64,000 nt of DNA from an uncultured Clostridia bacterium (GTDB lineage Bacteria; Bacillota; Clostridia; Oscillospirales; CAG-272): contig CANRIL010000001.1 in assembly GCA_947630625.1 (NCBI GenBank), forward strand, positions 47,355 to 111,354, in the 5' to 3' direction. Every line of letters starts with the position of its first letter. Position 1 is the first letter of the stretch. The translations under genes were made by a program, and so were the position numbers. Below, piece by piece: positions 28,307 through 36,885 of this stretch. Below the pieces are notes generated by a model. It was given only the letters and a program-made list of their open reading frames with translations, was not told where the DNA came from and did not search any database.

Positions 28307-29239
28307 TCAGCCGCCGATGAATACGGGTCCGACCCCCGCATCGGTGAGCGCTGTTTTTATTCTTTCAAGCTCGCCTCCGGACGGAACCGCGAAGCGGGAC
28401 GCTTCAAGACCGAGCGAGGCGCGCTTGTATTCGCCGGTGTTATGATAGGGAAGAAGGCATACGCGGCTGTATTTTATCCCTAAAATTATAGAGATCAGCC
28501 CAGATATGTCTTTTTCCGTAAAGTTGGCTCCGTCAAACTCTTTGTCGTTCGGCGCGGGCGCGATAACGGGCACGCGTATGTAAATTTTAGCCCCCAAGCC
28601 TGAGAGGCGGCGGAGATTATCGATTATAAGCTCATTTTTGACGCCTGTACAGTATAAGTGTTTTTCGGGATCGGCAGATTTTATATCATAAAGGAACGTG
28701 TCTGCAAACGGGGCGACGGCTTCGAATTTTTCAAACGGCACAAAGCCGCACGTGTCGATATTCACCGATATGTCCTCGTCCCGCAGCGCCTTCAGCAGCG
28801 AGAGCAGAAAATCAATGTCCTGCGCCATGACCTCGCCGCCAGAAAGCGTTACGCCGCCGCCCGACTCCTCGTAAAACATCCTGTCGGCGGCGCATAATTT
28901 TACGAGCTCGTCTACGGTATACCGTTTCCCGGCGACAGCCCTGGCGTCCGCGCGGCAAACCTGCACGCATGCGCCGCACGCCGTGCATTTCGCTCGGTCT
29001 GTTTCGGTGCGCCCATCGGACAAAGAAACGGTGACGGCCCCCGCCGGGCACACAGCGGCGCAGCGGCCGCAGCCGGAGCACTTTTCGGCGTAATAAAGCA
29101 GGCTCGGGCGAAAGCTCTCTCCCTCCGGGTTGTGGCACCATAAGCAGCGGAGCGGGCAGCCGGAAAAGAAAACGGTTGTCCTTATTCCGTCCCCGTCGTG
29201 GACGGAAAACCTCTGAATATTGAATACGTTAGCTGTCAA
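28307..29239 (-). CDS. glycyl-radical enzyme activating protein (radical SAM)
   Basis: TTG start with GGAGGG 7 nt upstream. It has CPLRCLWC (CX3CX2C) plus two ferredoxin-type clusters, CSGCGRCAAVCP and CTACGACVQVC. Confidence 0.9.
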   Translation of the reverse strand: MTANVFNIQRFSVHDGDGIRTTVFFSGCPLRCLWCHNPEGESFRPSLLYYAEKCSGCGRCAAVCPAGAVTVSLSDGRTETDRAKCTACGACVQVCRADARAVAGKRYTVDELVKLCAADRMFYEESGGGVTLSGGEVMAQDIDFLLSLLKALRDEDISVNIDTCGFVPFEKFEAVAPFADTFLYDIKSADPEKHLYCTGVKNELIIDNLRRLSGLGAKIYIRVPVIAPAPNDKEFDGANFTEKDISGLISIILGIKYSRVCLLPYHNTGEYKRASLGLEASRFAVPSGGELERIKTALTDAGVGPVFIGG

Positions 29240-29448
29240 CAGGCGTCCCTCCGGCGCAAATAAACATTTTATCTTTATACATTATTATATAATCGCCCAC
29301 GTCCTTTGTCAATCGCACATGAAAATTTATATGGGGCATATTGCACAAAAATGCCGTCAACGTATAGCGCTGACAGCATTTCTTGTGTATTTGACGGGCT
29401 GTATTATCTGAATTTGCATTAACGATGATGCGTTTAATGCAAAATCTG

Positions 29449-30672
29449 TCAGGTAACGGCGTCGGTGATTATCCTTTTGATAATTTCGCAGCAAAGACTG
29501 AGCTGGTCGGTCGAGACAAACTCGAATCTTGAATGTCCGTTTACGCCGCCTGCCGGCAGGTTCGGGCAGGGGAGCCCCATATATGAAAGGCGTGAGCCGT
29601 CCGTGCCGCCGCGAATCGGAACGTCGCGTATCTGAAGACCGAGCTCCGTCATCGCTTTATGGGCGAGCTCTATAACGTGCGCGTTTTCGGGCTTGCGGAG
29701 CACGTCTCCCATATTGTAGTAGCTGTCCGTCACCGTGCATTCGGCGACATTCCCGAATTCGCGGTTCAGCTCGTTTACCGCCTCGGCAAACTGCGCCTTG
29801 CGGCGTTCAAACGATTCCCGTGAGTGGTCGCGGATGATGTAGGAGAGTTCCGCGTGTTCGACCGTAGAGGTGATCGAGATGAGATGGAAAAATCCCTCGT
29901 AGCCTTCCGTCTTTTCGGGTACCTCGTCGGGCGGCAGGAGCGACGTGAAGCGAGCGGCGATCATGTTGGCGTTTTTCATCTTGCCTTTTGCCGAGCCGGG
30001 GTGAATTGATATGCCGTTTATCCTGACCTTCGCCGCGGCGGCGTTGAAGCTTTCATATTCAAGCTCGCCCGCGAGCCCTCCGTCGACGGTGTACGCGAAA
30101 TCGGCTCCGAAGCCGGGGACATCAAAGTGATCGGCGCCGCGGCCGATCTCCTCGTCAGGCGTAAAGCCGAGCATAACGCGCCCGTGCGGCACGCCGGATT
30201 CTTTCAGCTCCTCGACCGCGGTGATTATTTCGGCGATCCCAGCCTTATCGTCCGCGCCGAGCAGCGTCTTGCCGTCGGTGGCGACAAGGCATTGACCGCG
30301 GAACAGGTCAAGCACCGGATAATCGTCGCGGCGCATGAGGATCATCTCATCCTCGTTTAAAAGAACGTCGCCGCCGGAATATATGACGATCTGCGGGTTT
30401 ATGTTTTCGCCCGGACATGCGTCAGACGTGTCCATATGCGCGATAAATCCGATCGTCGGCGCTTTTACGCCCTCGGTCGCCGGAAGCTCGGCATAAACGT
30501 ATCCGTGCTCGTCGAGTCTGACGTTTTCAAGACCGAGGGAGATCAGTTCGTCGTGCAGATGGCGGGAAAGCGCGAGCTGGCAGTCCGTGCTCGGCGAAGT
30601 CTCCGAATCCTCAATTGATGTTGTCGGGAATGATACGTAATCGAGAAATCTTTCGTATACCTTCATGTTCAC
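29449..30672 (-). CDS. pepT: peptidase T (tripeptide aminopeptidase, M20B)
   Basis: Motifs are ERFLDYVSFPTTS, FIAHMDTSD, LGADDKAGI and TPDEEIG. The start is GTG 30672 (overlapping the upstream stop) or ATG 30666. Confidence 0.9.
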   Translation of the reverse strand: MNMKVYERFLDYVSFPTTSIEDSETSPSTDCQLALSRHLHDELISLGLENVRLDEHGYVYAELPATEGVKAPTIGFIAHMDTSDACPGENINPQIVIYSGGDVLLNEDEMILMRRDDYPVLDLFRGQCLVATDGKTLLGADDKAGIAEIITAVEELKESGVPHGRVMLGFTPDEEIGRGADHFDVPGFGADFAYTVDGGLAGELEYESFNAAAAKVRINGISIHPGSAKGKMKNANMIAARFTSLLPPDEVPEKTEGYEGFFHLISITSTVEHAELSYIIRDHSRESFERRKAQFAEAVNELNREFGNVAECTVTDSYYNMGDVLRKPENAHVIELAHKAMTELGLQIRDVPIRGGTDGSRLSYMGLPCPNLPAGGVNGHSRFEFVSTDQLSLCCEIIKRIITDAVT

Positions 30673-31787
30673 AGTGCTTCAAGTTCCTCCTTCGCACGTT
30701 TCAGGTCGTTTATAATGCTAATCCCCTGCGGGCACTTCGTCTCGCATGTGCCGCATTCGAGGCAGACATCCGGCTTCGTTTCCGGTTTCATGCGGCGGTA
30801 ATCGTGCGCCGTATGTACGTTTTCGTATCTCGCATAATGATTCCAGATCGAGAAGACGCGCGGGATATCGACGCCGCCGGGGCAGGGCATGCAGTAACGG
30901 CAGCCGGTGCAGCCGTTTCTGACGCGCGAAAGAATTATGCGCTTCGTCTCGCTTACGGCGTCAAGTTCAGCCTTGTCAAGCGGCTCGAAATTGTCAAACG
31001 TCGCAAGGTTGTCCTCAAGCTGCTCTTTTTCGTTCATGCCCGAAAGTATGACGCATACGCCTTCGTGTGAGCCGACCCAGCGCAGCGCCCACGACGCGGC
31101 GGACGCATCCGGTCTAAGCGCGCGGAGCGGAGCCATGGCGTCGTCCGGCAGCCTTGCGAGTGTGCCGCCCTTGACAGGTTCCATGACGATGAGCGGAACG
31201 TTCAGTTTGCGGCAGAGCTCGACGCCCTTCGTTGTCGCCTGATCGTGTTCGTCCATGTAATTATACTGTATCTGGCAGAAATCCCACTTGCGATATGACA
31301 GGATGTGCTCGAATGCCTCATAGTTGTCATGGAACGAAAAGCCCAGGTGACGAATTTTTCCTTCCGCCTGCCATTTTTCGCAGAGCTCGATGACGCCGAG
31401 CCCCGCAACGCGGTCAAAGATGCCTCTGTTCATTGCGTGCAGGAGGTAGAAGTCTACGTAGTCCATTCCGAGCCGTTCAAGCTGCTCATTGAAGAGCCTT
31501 TCGGCGTCCTCCGGAGACTTAAGGTCCCAGCAGGGCAGCTTTGTCGCGACATAATAGCTGTCCCTCGGATACTTTGCCAGCGCCTCGCCGAGGATCTTTT
31601 CGCTCTCGCCGCCGAGATAGACGTAAGCGGTGTCAAAATAATTGACGCCCGCCTTATACGCGCGGTCGATCAGCGCGTATGTCTTCGGTCTGTCGATTTT
31701 GCCCTCGGCATCCGACGTAAATCTCATGCAGCCGAAGCCGAGCAGGGACGTTCTCTCCCCGATGTTTGTCATGTTGCGGTATTCCAT
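30669..31787 (-). CDS. aldo/keto reductase with C-terminal 4Fe-4S ferredoxin-like domain
   Basis: Motifs are GFGCMRF and DTAYVYLGGESE. The C-terminus has CTGCRYCMPCP and CLECGTCETKCP. Confidence 0.85.
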   Translation of the reverse strand: MEYRNMTNIGERTSLLGFGCMRFTSDAEGKIDRPKTYALIDRAYKAGVNYFDTAYVYLGGESEKILGEALAKYPRDSYYVATKLPCWDLKSPEDAERLFNEQLERLGMDYVDFYLLHAMNRGIFDRVAGLGVIELCEKWQAEGKIRHLGFSFHDNYEAFEHILSYRKWDFCQIQYNYMDEHDQATTKGVELCRKLNVPLIVMEPVKGGTLARLPDDAMAPLRALRPDASAASWALRWVGSHEGVCVILSGMNEKEQLEDNLATFDNFEPLDKAELDAVSETKRIILSRVRNGCTGCRYCMPCPGGVDIPRVFSIWNHYARYENVHTAHDYRRMKPETKPDVCLECGTCETKCPQGISIINDLKRAKEELEAL

Positions 31788-31814
31788 TTGATCCTTCTCC
31801 TTCTTTCGCGTCCT

Positions 31815-33947
31815 TTATGCGTATTTTTTATTTTTTAATATGAATGCGGCGGCAGGCACAAAGACGGTGATGATGAGCATCTGTGCCGCGCCTCCGCTTG
31901 ACCCGCATCCGCCGCTGTCTTCCTCGGCGGGCGCCTCGGTTTCGGCTTCCGTTTCAGGCGGGGGAGGCGGGGTGAGCGCTTCCGCGTCCGCCTTGACGGG
32001 GGCGGAGCGCATTGTTATGTCCGTGCGCGAGAAAAACTGGCTGCTCGTATAATCTATGTACGCGTTGTTGTTTCCGGCGGCGGCGCAGAAATACAGTCTG
32101 CCGTCTGACGGCACGGTGACGGATTCCGAACGGTTATTGAAAAGTTCAAATTTGGTCGGGTCGCCCTCGGTCAGCACGTACCATGAATAGCTCCCGTTTG
32201 ACGTTCCGCCCGTGTCCGCCTCCATCGTTATCGTGCCGTCGTCGTTGACCGTTGTCTTTATATCAAGGTAGAGAAGATTATCTTTGCCCCAGATGCGGTT
32301 GAACCACACGTCGTATCTATGATTGACCGCAGATTTATATTCGTTCGCCGCGTCGCTGTATCCCATGTTTCCCCAGCGCCTGGCGCTCATCTCCTGAGAC
32401 GCGTTTACGTCTGAGATCATCGTGTCCATATCTGCTATTACACCGTCGAGCACCGACATCATCTTCTGATTTTCCCGGTACATTTCAGCCATGAAATCGC
32501 CGTGCTGCCATAGCTTTTCCGACCATGTATATTGCTGTTCGTTATAGTACGTGAATGTCGTATCAAAGAATGTGTTCGAATTTAAAAGCTCCCACGATGT
32601 TGTCTCAAAATCCCAGACGGGGCCGAATGTCAGCTTGTCGTGCGGCTCGCCGTCGGCGTCTTTGTAAATATATGTGCTCGTGCGGAAGTATTCGAAGTTA
32701 TTGTAGAACGCGTAAACGAGCACCATGTCGGCAAGGCTTTTCATGTCGGCATAATCGGTATAATGAAGCCCCATTTCGTCATATCCCGTCTCGGAGCTGA
32801 TCGCGTTCTCGAATCCCTGCACCTTTTTGGCGATGTACTGCACCATTTCCTTTGTGCAGAATTCGGGGGACTTCACGCTGAAATAAACGCCCGCTTTGGT
32901 GACGAAGCCGCAGCCCTCGTACATTCCGAACATGACTTCGAGCACATACCCGCCCGTAATGTCCGTGCTGTCTGAGGAGAGGCTCGCGTCGTCGCTGTAT
33001 GTATACTCCCTGACTCCGAGCTTGATCGCCGGGTCGTCCCGGTCGTTGACTGTCCTGAGATTTCCCTCTCCTGTGACTTCTTCGTCAAGGTCGGTGACAT
33101 CTATCGCCCCGCCGTCATTCATGCGCTCGCAGAGAACGTACGCCCCGCGGTAGTCGCCGTTCACGTATAGGTCAACGTATTCGCCCTTCATCCCGAAATA
33201 TTCATCTCCGGCAAGCCCGGTAAACGTGTGGAAAGCGAGCAGCTGCGAGAGACCGGTGCTGTCACGCGAACCGTCATACATACGGGGGGAGAGAAGCACC
33301 CATTTCTTTATATTGCCGGAACCGGGTATGAGCTCCGCCTTGCTTTCAAGCTTGATGTTATACGAATTTTTGTTGTTCGTGTCTCCGGACGCTACAAACG
33401 AAGTGAATCCGTGTCCTTTGAATTTTTCAAGTCCTCCGGCGTAAATGACGCCGCCGTCCGTTGACACCATGTATAGATCGCCCGGCTCCTCGTGCGATTT
33501 GTCTGCGCAGACGGCGCGAAACGCGTCGTCGCCGCCGTCAAGGTTTATGTAGACGGACGGGATGCTGCCGCCGGTCATGACGCGGAGGATATACTGCCCT
33601 CGGCCGTTTATGTTGAGTTCGACCGAGCCGGACGAGGCGTCGACGCTGAATTCGTCGCCGTCCATGTACTGCTCGCCCTTGTATGTGGCGACGCCGCTTC
33701 CCTGATATGTCAGCGTCAGATCAGACAGATCGACGGAGGAGGGAAGAAACAGACAGTTTTCGCCCCAGCCGCCCCAGCCGGTGCTGCTCGCGCCGATAAG
33801 ATACGAAAAGCCGTCGCATTTAATGACGGCGCTGACCGTGCCGTCACGGTTCGCCGCCGTCAGCGATAGCGCGGTAAGCGCGGCGGACAGGGCGAGAAAG
33901 GCGGTGAGCAGCACTAACTTTTTCGGCAGTGAGAGATGTTTTTTCAT
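31815..33947 (-). CDS. CotH-family protein, secreted with C-terminal TM anchor
   Basis: It has a signal peptide. The central region KNSYNIKLE...KKWVLLSPRMYDGSRDSTGLSQLLAF...YVDLYVNGDYRGAYVLCE resembles the CotH kinase fold. It ends with a PPPPPETEAETEAPAEE linker and the hydrophobic tail MLIITVFVPAAAFIL. Confidence 0.7.
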   Translation of the reverse strand: MKKHLSLPKKLVLLTAFLALSAALTALSLTAANRDGTVSAVIKCDGFSYLIGASSTGWGGWGENCLFLPSSVDLSDLTLTYQGSGVATYKGEQYMDGDEFSVDASSGSVELNINGRGQYILRVMTGGSIPSVYINLDGGDDAFRAVCADKSHEEPGDLYMVSTDGGVIYAGGLEKFKGHGFTSFVASGDTNNKNSYNIKLESKAELIPGSGNIKKWVLLSPRMYDGSRDSTGLSQLLAFHTFTGLAGDEYFGMKGEYVDLYVNGDYRGAYVLCERMNDGGAIDVTDLDEEVTGEGNLRTVNDRDDPAIKLGVREYTYSDDASLSSDSTDITGGYVLEVMFGMYEGCGFVTKAGVYFSVKSPEFCTKEMVQYIAKKVQGFENAISSETGYDEMGLHYTDYADMKSLADMVLVYAFYNNFEYFRTSTYIYKDADGEPHDKLTFGPVWDFETTSWELLNSNTFFDTTFTYYNEQQYTWSEKLWQHGDFMAEMYRENQKMMSVLDGVIADMDTMISDVNASQEMSARRWGNMGYSDAANEYKSAVNHRYDVWFNRIWGKDNLLYLDIKTTVNDDGTITMEADTGGTSNGSYSWYVLTEGDPTKFELFNNRSESVTVPSDGRLYFCAAAGNNNAYIDYTSSQFFSRTDITMRSAPVKADAEALTPPPPPETEAETEAPAEEDSGGCGSSGGAAQMLIITVFVPAAAFILKNKKYA

Positions 33948-34029
33948 GCGGATCCACCTTTAGGTCATTGTTTTTTGCACGGTGATATTGTATAATATAT
34001 GCCGGTCATGGCAGAAATGAGGTTGCATC

Positions 34030-34719
34030 ATGAAAGCGATAGCGCATATAATTTCCGATTACAACGAAAAGTTCTGTATCCCGCGGCAGAGCGGCATCGT
34101 GCCGGAGTCGCGCGCAAGCGTCGTGTTTCTGCCGGAGTACCGCAGCGCGGAAGCCGTGCGCGGGCTTGACGGGTTTTCGCATATATGGCTTTTGTGGGAG
34201 TTTTCAAAGACGGCGGGCAGAGGATGGAATCCGACCGTGCGGCCGCCTCGCCTCGGCGGGAACACGCGCGTGGGCGTGTTTGCGACGCGTTCTCCGTTTC
34301 GCCCGAACCCGATCGGGCTTTCATCCGTCAGACTGCTCGGAATTGATATGGATCGGCCGGAGTCGCCTGTACTGATCGTAGGCGGTGCAGACTTGCTCGA
34401 CGGGACTCCGATATATGACATAAAGCCGTATCTGCCAGCGTTTGATTCGCATCCGAACGCCGTCGGCGGCTTTGCCGAGAGCGCGCCGGAGCGGACGCTG
34501 CGCGTTATCGCCGATGACGATGTGCTCTGTCCGATCCCGCCGGAAAAGCGGCAGGCGCTCATAGGCGCGCTGTCGTGCGACCCGCGCCCGCCGTATCAGG
34601 ACGACCCGGGGCGCGTTTACGGATTCGGATTTGCGGGATTTGAAGTAAAGTTTCGTGTGAGCGGGGACGAACTGACCGTTATATCCGTGTCGTCCCCGAC
34701 AGCTCACGCATCCCAGTAA
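34030..34719 (+). CDS. trmO: tRNA (m6t6A37) methyltransferase TrmO (TsaA/YaeB family)
   Basis: Motifs are FCIPRQSG, FSHIWLLWEF, RSPFRPNPIGLSSV and DGTPIYDIKPY. Confidence 0.85.
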   Translation: MKAIAHIISDYNEKFCIPRQSGIVPESRASVVFLPEYRSAEAVRGLDGFSHIWLLWEFSKTAGRGWNPTVRPPRLGGNTRVGVFATRSPFRPNPIGLSSVRLLGIDMDRPESPVLIVGGADLLDGTPIYDIKPYLPAFDSHPNAVGGFAESAPERTLRVIADDDVLCPIPPEKRQALIGALSCDPRPPYQDDPGRVYGFGFAGFEVKFRVSGDELTVISVSSPTAHASQ

Positions 34720-35684
34720 ACATCAGCGTCGCGGTCGCAGTAAAGGCGTTCTCCGTCGAATTTGAGTTCTGCCGCCTGTATTACAGTCCGCAAGTCGAGC
34801 TGTTTATCCTCGATCGGCGATTTTGTGCCGGATGTCGAACGGTACGGGTGCGTGAAATAAACGATATAGGCGCGCTCGCCTCGAACAAGTACGTCCGCGT
34901 GCAGACCGACGCCGTAATCGAACGGGCGCGTGCCGTTTCCGGTCAGAAGGTTATCTTTCTGCCGCGTCCAGTGCGTGAAATCCGGGGAAGAGTACACCGC
35001 CTGACCGTGCCATGTGTCCGTTATCATCCAGTTGATACCGCAGAAACGGAAAACATTAGGTCCCTCGTGCGAACAGTCTGTGATCTCGGAGCCGACAAAC
35101 TCCCAGTTATAGAGGTCGCGGCTTATCGCTGCGTCCGTATGGCTGCCGCCGCGCTCATTTTTGTACCACATTTTATAAAGCCCGTCGTCGATCTCAAAGA
35201 CGCAGGCGTCGATCACCTTATCTGACGACAGGGGAATAATGCCGCAGTATTTCCATGTCCAGAGATCGTCTGAAACATAATGGACTATATGCCGCTCCCA
35301 GCCCCAATCGGTCGGGATGCCGCGCACGTAGCTGCAATACATATGATATTCGCCACCGGCGTATATCACCTCGGGCGCCCAGAATGTGTTGTGCCCATGC
35401 TCGAAATGAAGCCCTTCGGCAGTGCCCCGGTAAAGCCAGCGCGCCCCGTCGACCGACGTGGCGATGCCGATCTCGCTGCCGTGAACTGTCGAGACGCCGA
35501 TATTAAACTCCGCTGCGCGGCGCTGCGTATATAAGAGAAACCAGCATCTCTCGCGGTCTGACCATATGATCAGCGGGTCGGTAGGGCTGTCGTAAAGCGG
35601 ATCGCGGAAAAGGGGAGACGGCAGCTTAATCTGTGTCCTCTCCTGTTCTTTCGTCGTTATCGTTGTCGGCATCGTTTTCATCAT
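34704..35684 (-). CDS. five-bladed beta-propeller glycoside hydrolase (GH43-like)
   Basis: Motifs are DPLIIW, FWAPEVIYAGGEYHMYCSY, VIDACVF and EGPNVF. The start is uncertain (ATG 35684, 35681 or 35672). The call overlaps the upstream gene by 59 nt and converges on trmO with a 16-nt overlap. Confidence 0.65.
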   Translation of the reverse strand: MMKTMPTTITTKEQERTQIKLPSPLFRDPLYDSPTDPLIIWSDRERCWFLLYTQRRAAEFNIGVSTVHGSEIGIATSVDGARWLYRGTAEGLHFEHGHNTFWAPEVIYAGGEYHMYCSYVRGIPTDWGWERHIVHYVSDDLWTWKYCGIIPLSSDKVIDACVFEIDDGLYKMWYKNERGGSHTDAAISRDLYNWEFVGSEITDCSHEGPNVFRFCGINWMITDTWHGQAVYSSPDFTHWTRQKDNLLTGNGTRPFDYGVGLHADVLVRGERAYIVYFTHPYRSTSGTKSPIEDKQLDLRTVIQAAELKFDGERLYCDRDADVYWDA

Positions 35685-36234
35685 CCTCCGATATATCGTC
35701 CGCCTCGTCTATGCCGTCATCAATATCTGCCGGAACTGATTCCGAAGCGGAACGGTTCGGCTCCGTCAAAGGCTTTTTCGTCCGGATATAATGCGCCGCG
35801 AATGATACGGCGGCATAGAGCGCCACATATATTATATAGTTTAAAATCACGTGCACACCGTTCGCGGCAAGGGCTGTGTGCGGCAGGATAAGGCTGCCGA
35901 GAAAGCTGCCGCCCTGTGTGCCGGGGATCGACGCGATTATATTCGGTATAAGCGCGAACACGGCGTAAACGGACGTTTCGCGAAGCGTAAATTTCAAAAA
36001 ATATCGTGCCGACAAAGAAACATCGTCCGGCACGCGTATCTTTGACTGAAAGCTGTATATGAACGCGAAGAATACGGCGGTCGGGACGACGCCGGTCAGC
36101 AATGCGCGAAGGGACGCGTCCGCGGACTCCGGCAGAGTCAGCGACAACAGAAAAGCGACAAGAAAACCTCCGACTGACGCGAAAAGTACAAGGATAAGTT
36201 TAACAAGGAAAAATCTGGTGTATTTCACAGCCAT
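35626..36234 (-). CDS. hypothetical polytopic membrane protein with acidic C-terminal tail
   Basis: 202 aa with ~5 hydrophobic helices. The C-terminal 45 aa are strongly D/E-rich (DIDDGIDEADDISEDDENDADNDNDE). No family recognised. Confidence 0.65.
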   Translation of the reverse strand: MAVKYTRFFLVKLILVLFASVGGFLVAFLLSLTLPESADASLRALLTGVVPTAVFFAFIYSFQSKIRVPDDVSLSARYFLKFTLRETSVYAVFALIPNIIASIPGTQGGSFLGSLILPHTALAANGVHVILNYIIYVALYAAVSFAAHYIRTKKPLTEPNRSASESVPADIDDGIDEADDISEDDENDADNDNDERTGEDTD

Positions 36235-36363
36235 AACATCGTCCCTTTGCTTTTTTGTTTGTGTATATTATATCAAAATATTTCGCGGTATGCAACAGAT
36301 ATTATATATAAAACATAAATTCGTCTTTTTGTTGTGACAGGATATTTAATTTTAACTTTTTTT

Positions 36364-36788
36364 ATGGTATAATATCTTCACGGATTTGCTGCGCAAATCC
36401 CAAAAGCTCCGCATGCGCGTCGCTTTTGCTGCGGCTTGCGCCGCAGACTCGACATTGACGGCTGATTTGTATTAGCTTCGCCGCTGCTCGCCGCTTCGCG
36501 GCGTCAATTGAACGTACACGTTCAATTGAAATCATGGTATAATATCTTCACGGATTTGCTGCGCAAATCCCAAAAGCGCGGCTTGCGCGCTTTTGCTGCG
36601 GCTGTCGCCGCAGGTTCGATATTGACGGCCTCGCAAAAATGCCCTTGCAAGCAAGCATTTTTGCTTCGTGGTTTAATGACCCGACAGTGGGTTCGTTGAC
36701 GGCTGATTTACATCGGCTTCGCCATTTCGCGGTGTCAATTGAAATCGCGGTTTAATATTATTGGGGATTTGCTGCGCAATCCCAAAAG
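36364..36788 (+). repeat. three tandem copies of a promoter-like box plus multi-hairpin module (candidate ncRNA or leader array)
   Basis: An identical 43-mer ATGGTATAATATCTTCACGGATTTGCTGCGCAAATCCCAAAAG occurs at 36364-36406 and 36534-36576, with a degenerate third copy at 36747-36788. Abutting hairpins follow each copy. Details are in the findings. Confidence 0.8.
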
Positions 36789-36885
36789 ATTCAATTTTGT
36801 CGAAACATTTTTACGTACGGCCACGGCGGCAACCGGCTGCCGGAACCGGCGCATACAACAGAATATCCTTCGGAGGGGGAAAGAC

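Noticed and set aside
35626-35684. The 59-nt overlap between the acidic-tail membrane protein and the GH43-like gene, considered as a meaningful overlapping-gene arrangement.
   Set aside because: The GH43-like gene has three candidate ATGs clustered around a GGAGG with poor spacing. The overlap mostly reflects start-codon uncertainty, and nothing else suggests dual coding.
36364-36788. Could the repeat array upstream of prs be a small CRISPR array?
   Set aside because: There are only three copies, the period is 170-213 nt rather than ~60-70 nt, and the third copy is degenerate. The segments between copies share sequence with each other. No cas genes are in the window.
36508-36885. ORF 36508-36699 (63 aa) and the 49-aa N-terminal extension of the prs ORF (36739-36885) as real coding sequence.
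   Set aside because: Both run through the repeated hairpin modules and have no RBS. The prs ATG at 36886 has a strong GGAGGGGG RBS and gives a sensible Prs N-terminus.
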